Source: Xylographa opegraphella (Eukaryota). From it: a DNA stretch of 64,000 nt. The stretch lies in assembly GCA_022813865.1 (NCBI GenBank), contig JALDZX010000042.1:1-64000 (forward strand), written 5' to 3'. A program made the position numbers and the translations under genes. Positions 62,765 to 64,000 of this stretch are shown piece by piece (the stretch's first letter is position 1; every line of letters begins with the position of its first letter). The notes under the pieces are model-generated. The model was not told the DNA's origin and did not search any database. It saw only the letters and a list, made by a program, of their open reading frames with translations.

Positions 62765-64000
62765 AGAGATCTAAGCTCACCAGCCAGCGCCAGCACTCAG
62801 CTCTCAGCGCATCTGAGCGCGGGTACGGACGTTCCAGTCGTTTCTAGGTTCCGGACTCATCGAATAGGCCGAGGGTCAAGCACCTTGCTCACCATTCAAT
62901 CCGACGAAGCGTGCGACGTGCAGGGGGAAGGATTCAATGGTCAGCTGTGTGGGCTATGGGGTGAGAAGGCCGTCCGGTACAACAACAGAAAAACAACACG
63001 GCCACCACAGTCCAGCGAGAATTGATGGAGGAGAAGATTATTGAAAAGACAGCTGTGTGGACTGCTTTGCGTAGAGGATTGAAAGGTTGAGATCTTGTCG
63101 GGGGTCAGGAACCGCGTTGTTACCGTACCACAGGATTAGGTGGTTTAGGTGGTGTTAGTGGACCAATGGGAGGCGGCTCGGCAGCTTTCGAGCCACGGGC
63201 CACCGCCAGCCAAGTTCGAAATTGCCTAACTTTAGCGGGCCAAACAGTCGAGGCGCGGAGCACGCTACGCATAACTCCCTTACGCAATTCCTCTCGACGG
63301 GCAACAGGCCGGGCCTCGAAAGGGCAGAGCGTGGGAGCAAATACTACTACTACTATTACTACTAGACTACAGGTAAGGTAAGGTAAAAGGTAGGTAGGTC
63401 AGCTCGGTGTTTGGCGATACGATTTGATGCACAGCTCTCAAACGCGCTCCCGGCTGCTTCCCTACAGCTGATTGCGGGGCCTGTAGGACCTACGTGACTA
63501 CGTCGAAGCAATGCGGTACAACTCCAGGCCCCCAGGCCGCTTGCAGTCGCCTACGTACGCGGTCAGCTTGTGCTTTCGGAAGGTCAATAGCAGCTGCGGC
63601 AAAGGGGTCCTTCCTTCGGCGGAAGCGAAAGGGCAGAAGCAGCGAAGATCAACAGATAGATAGCGGAAAGGTGCGAAGGTGCGAGGTGCGAGTTGCGAGG
63701 GCTACCGACTAAAACTGCGTCCGGAGCCTGTTGCTGGTAGCAAACTTGCCCACTTCCCAGATTTTCCAGGCTACGTGCGCCCACCCCCTCACAGCCCAGC
63801 TGGAGGGAGCGAAACTTTGATGCTTGATTAGGCCGTTGAAGCGCAAAGGTTGGAAGCTTCTGTAGGCACACGCTAGGTGGGGAAGACACATGCCTTGACT
63901 GTTGAAGCTGCCGGTGTCGATATCTCTCAGTCATGGGCTTCTGCTCTACGGTCCGGCGGCTGGCGTCTTGCGGTGCCAGTCACGGGCGACGAGCTCTGTC

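Noticed and set aside
1..64000. tRNA, rRNA or telomeric repeats
   Set aside because: None recognised by eye; small ncRNAs cannot be excluded without Infernal or tRNAscan

Overview
Eukaryotic, intron-containing DNA from a filamentous ascomycete (Pezizomycotina; GT-AG introns with CTRAC/CTAAC branch points). About 1-21 kb is a gene-sparse accessory block: GFA/Mss4 protein, intronless FAD monooxygenase, small secreted protein, PAP2 phosphatase, an orphan two-repeat protein, a secreted Gly-rich polyprotein with Kex2/Ste13-type repeats, and a divergent MBOAT_2 acyltransferase. About 21.7-63 kb is a dense, mostly housekeeping block: SGT2, TMA20, RIC1, PI-PLC, poly-Q Zn2Cys6 factor, CWF19, GPN1/NPA3, MIX23, Fpg, NAT1, PEX20, SEC13, F-box protein, AA12-type PQQ dehydrogenase and a large disordered protein. 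The most notable observations are (1) about nine recurrent ~1 kb islands that are C-rich then G-rich on either strand and override coding, intron and UTR sequence, (2) the secreted repeat polyprotein head-to-head with an acyltransferase, (3) a hidden ATG-less 134-codon frame after PEX20 with Som1/SomA-like motifs, and (4) a ~190 bp triplication with RIP-like transitions. All calls come from manual translation and motif recall; no searches were run.
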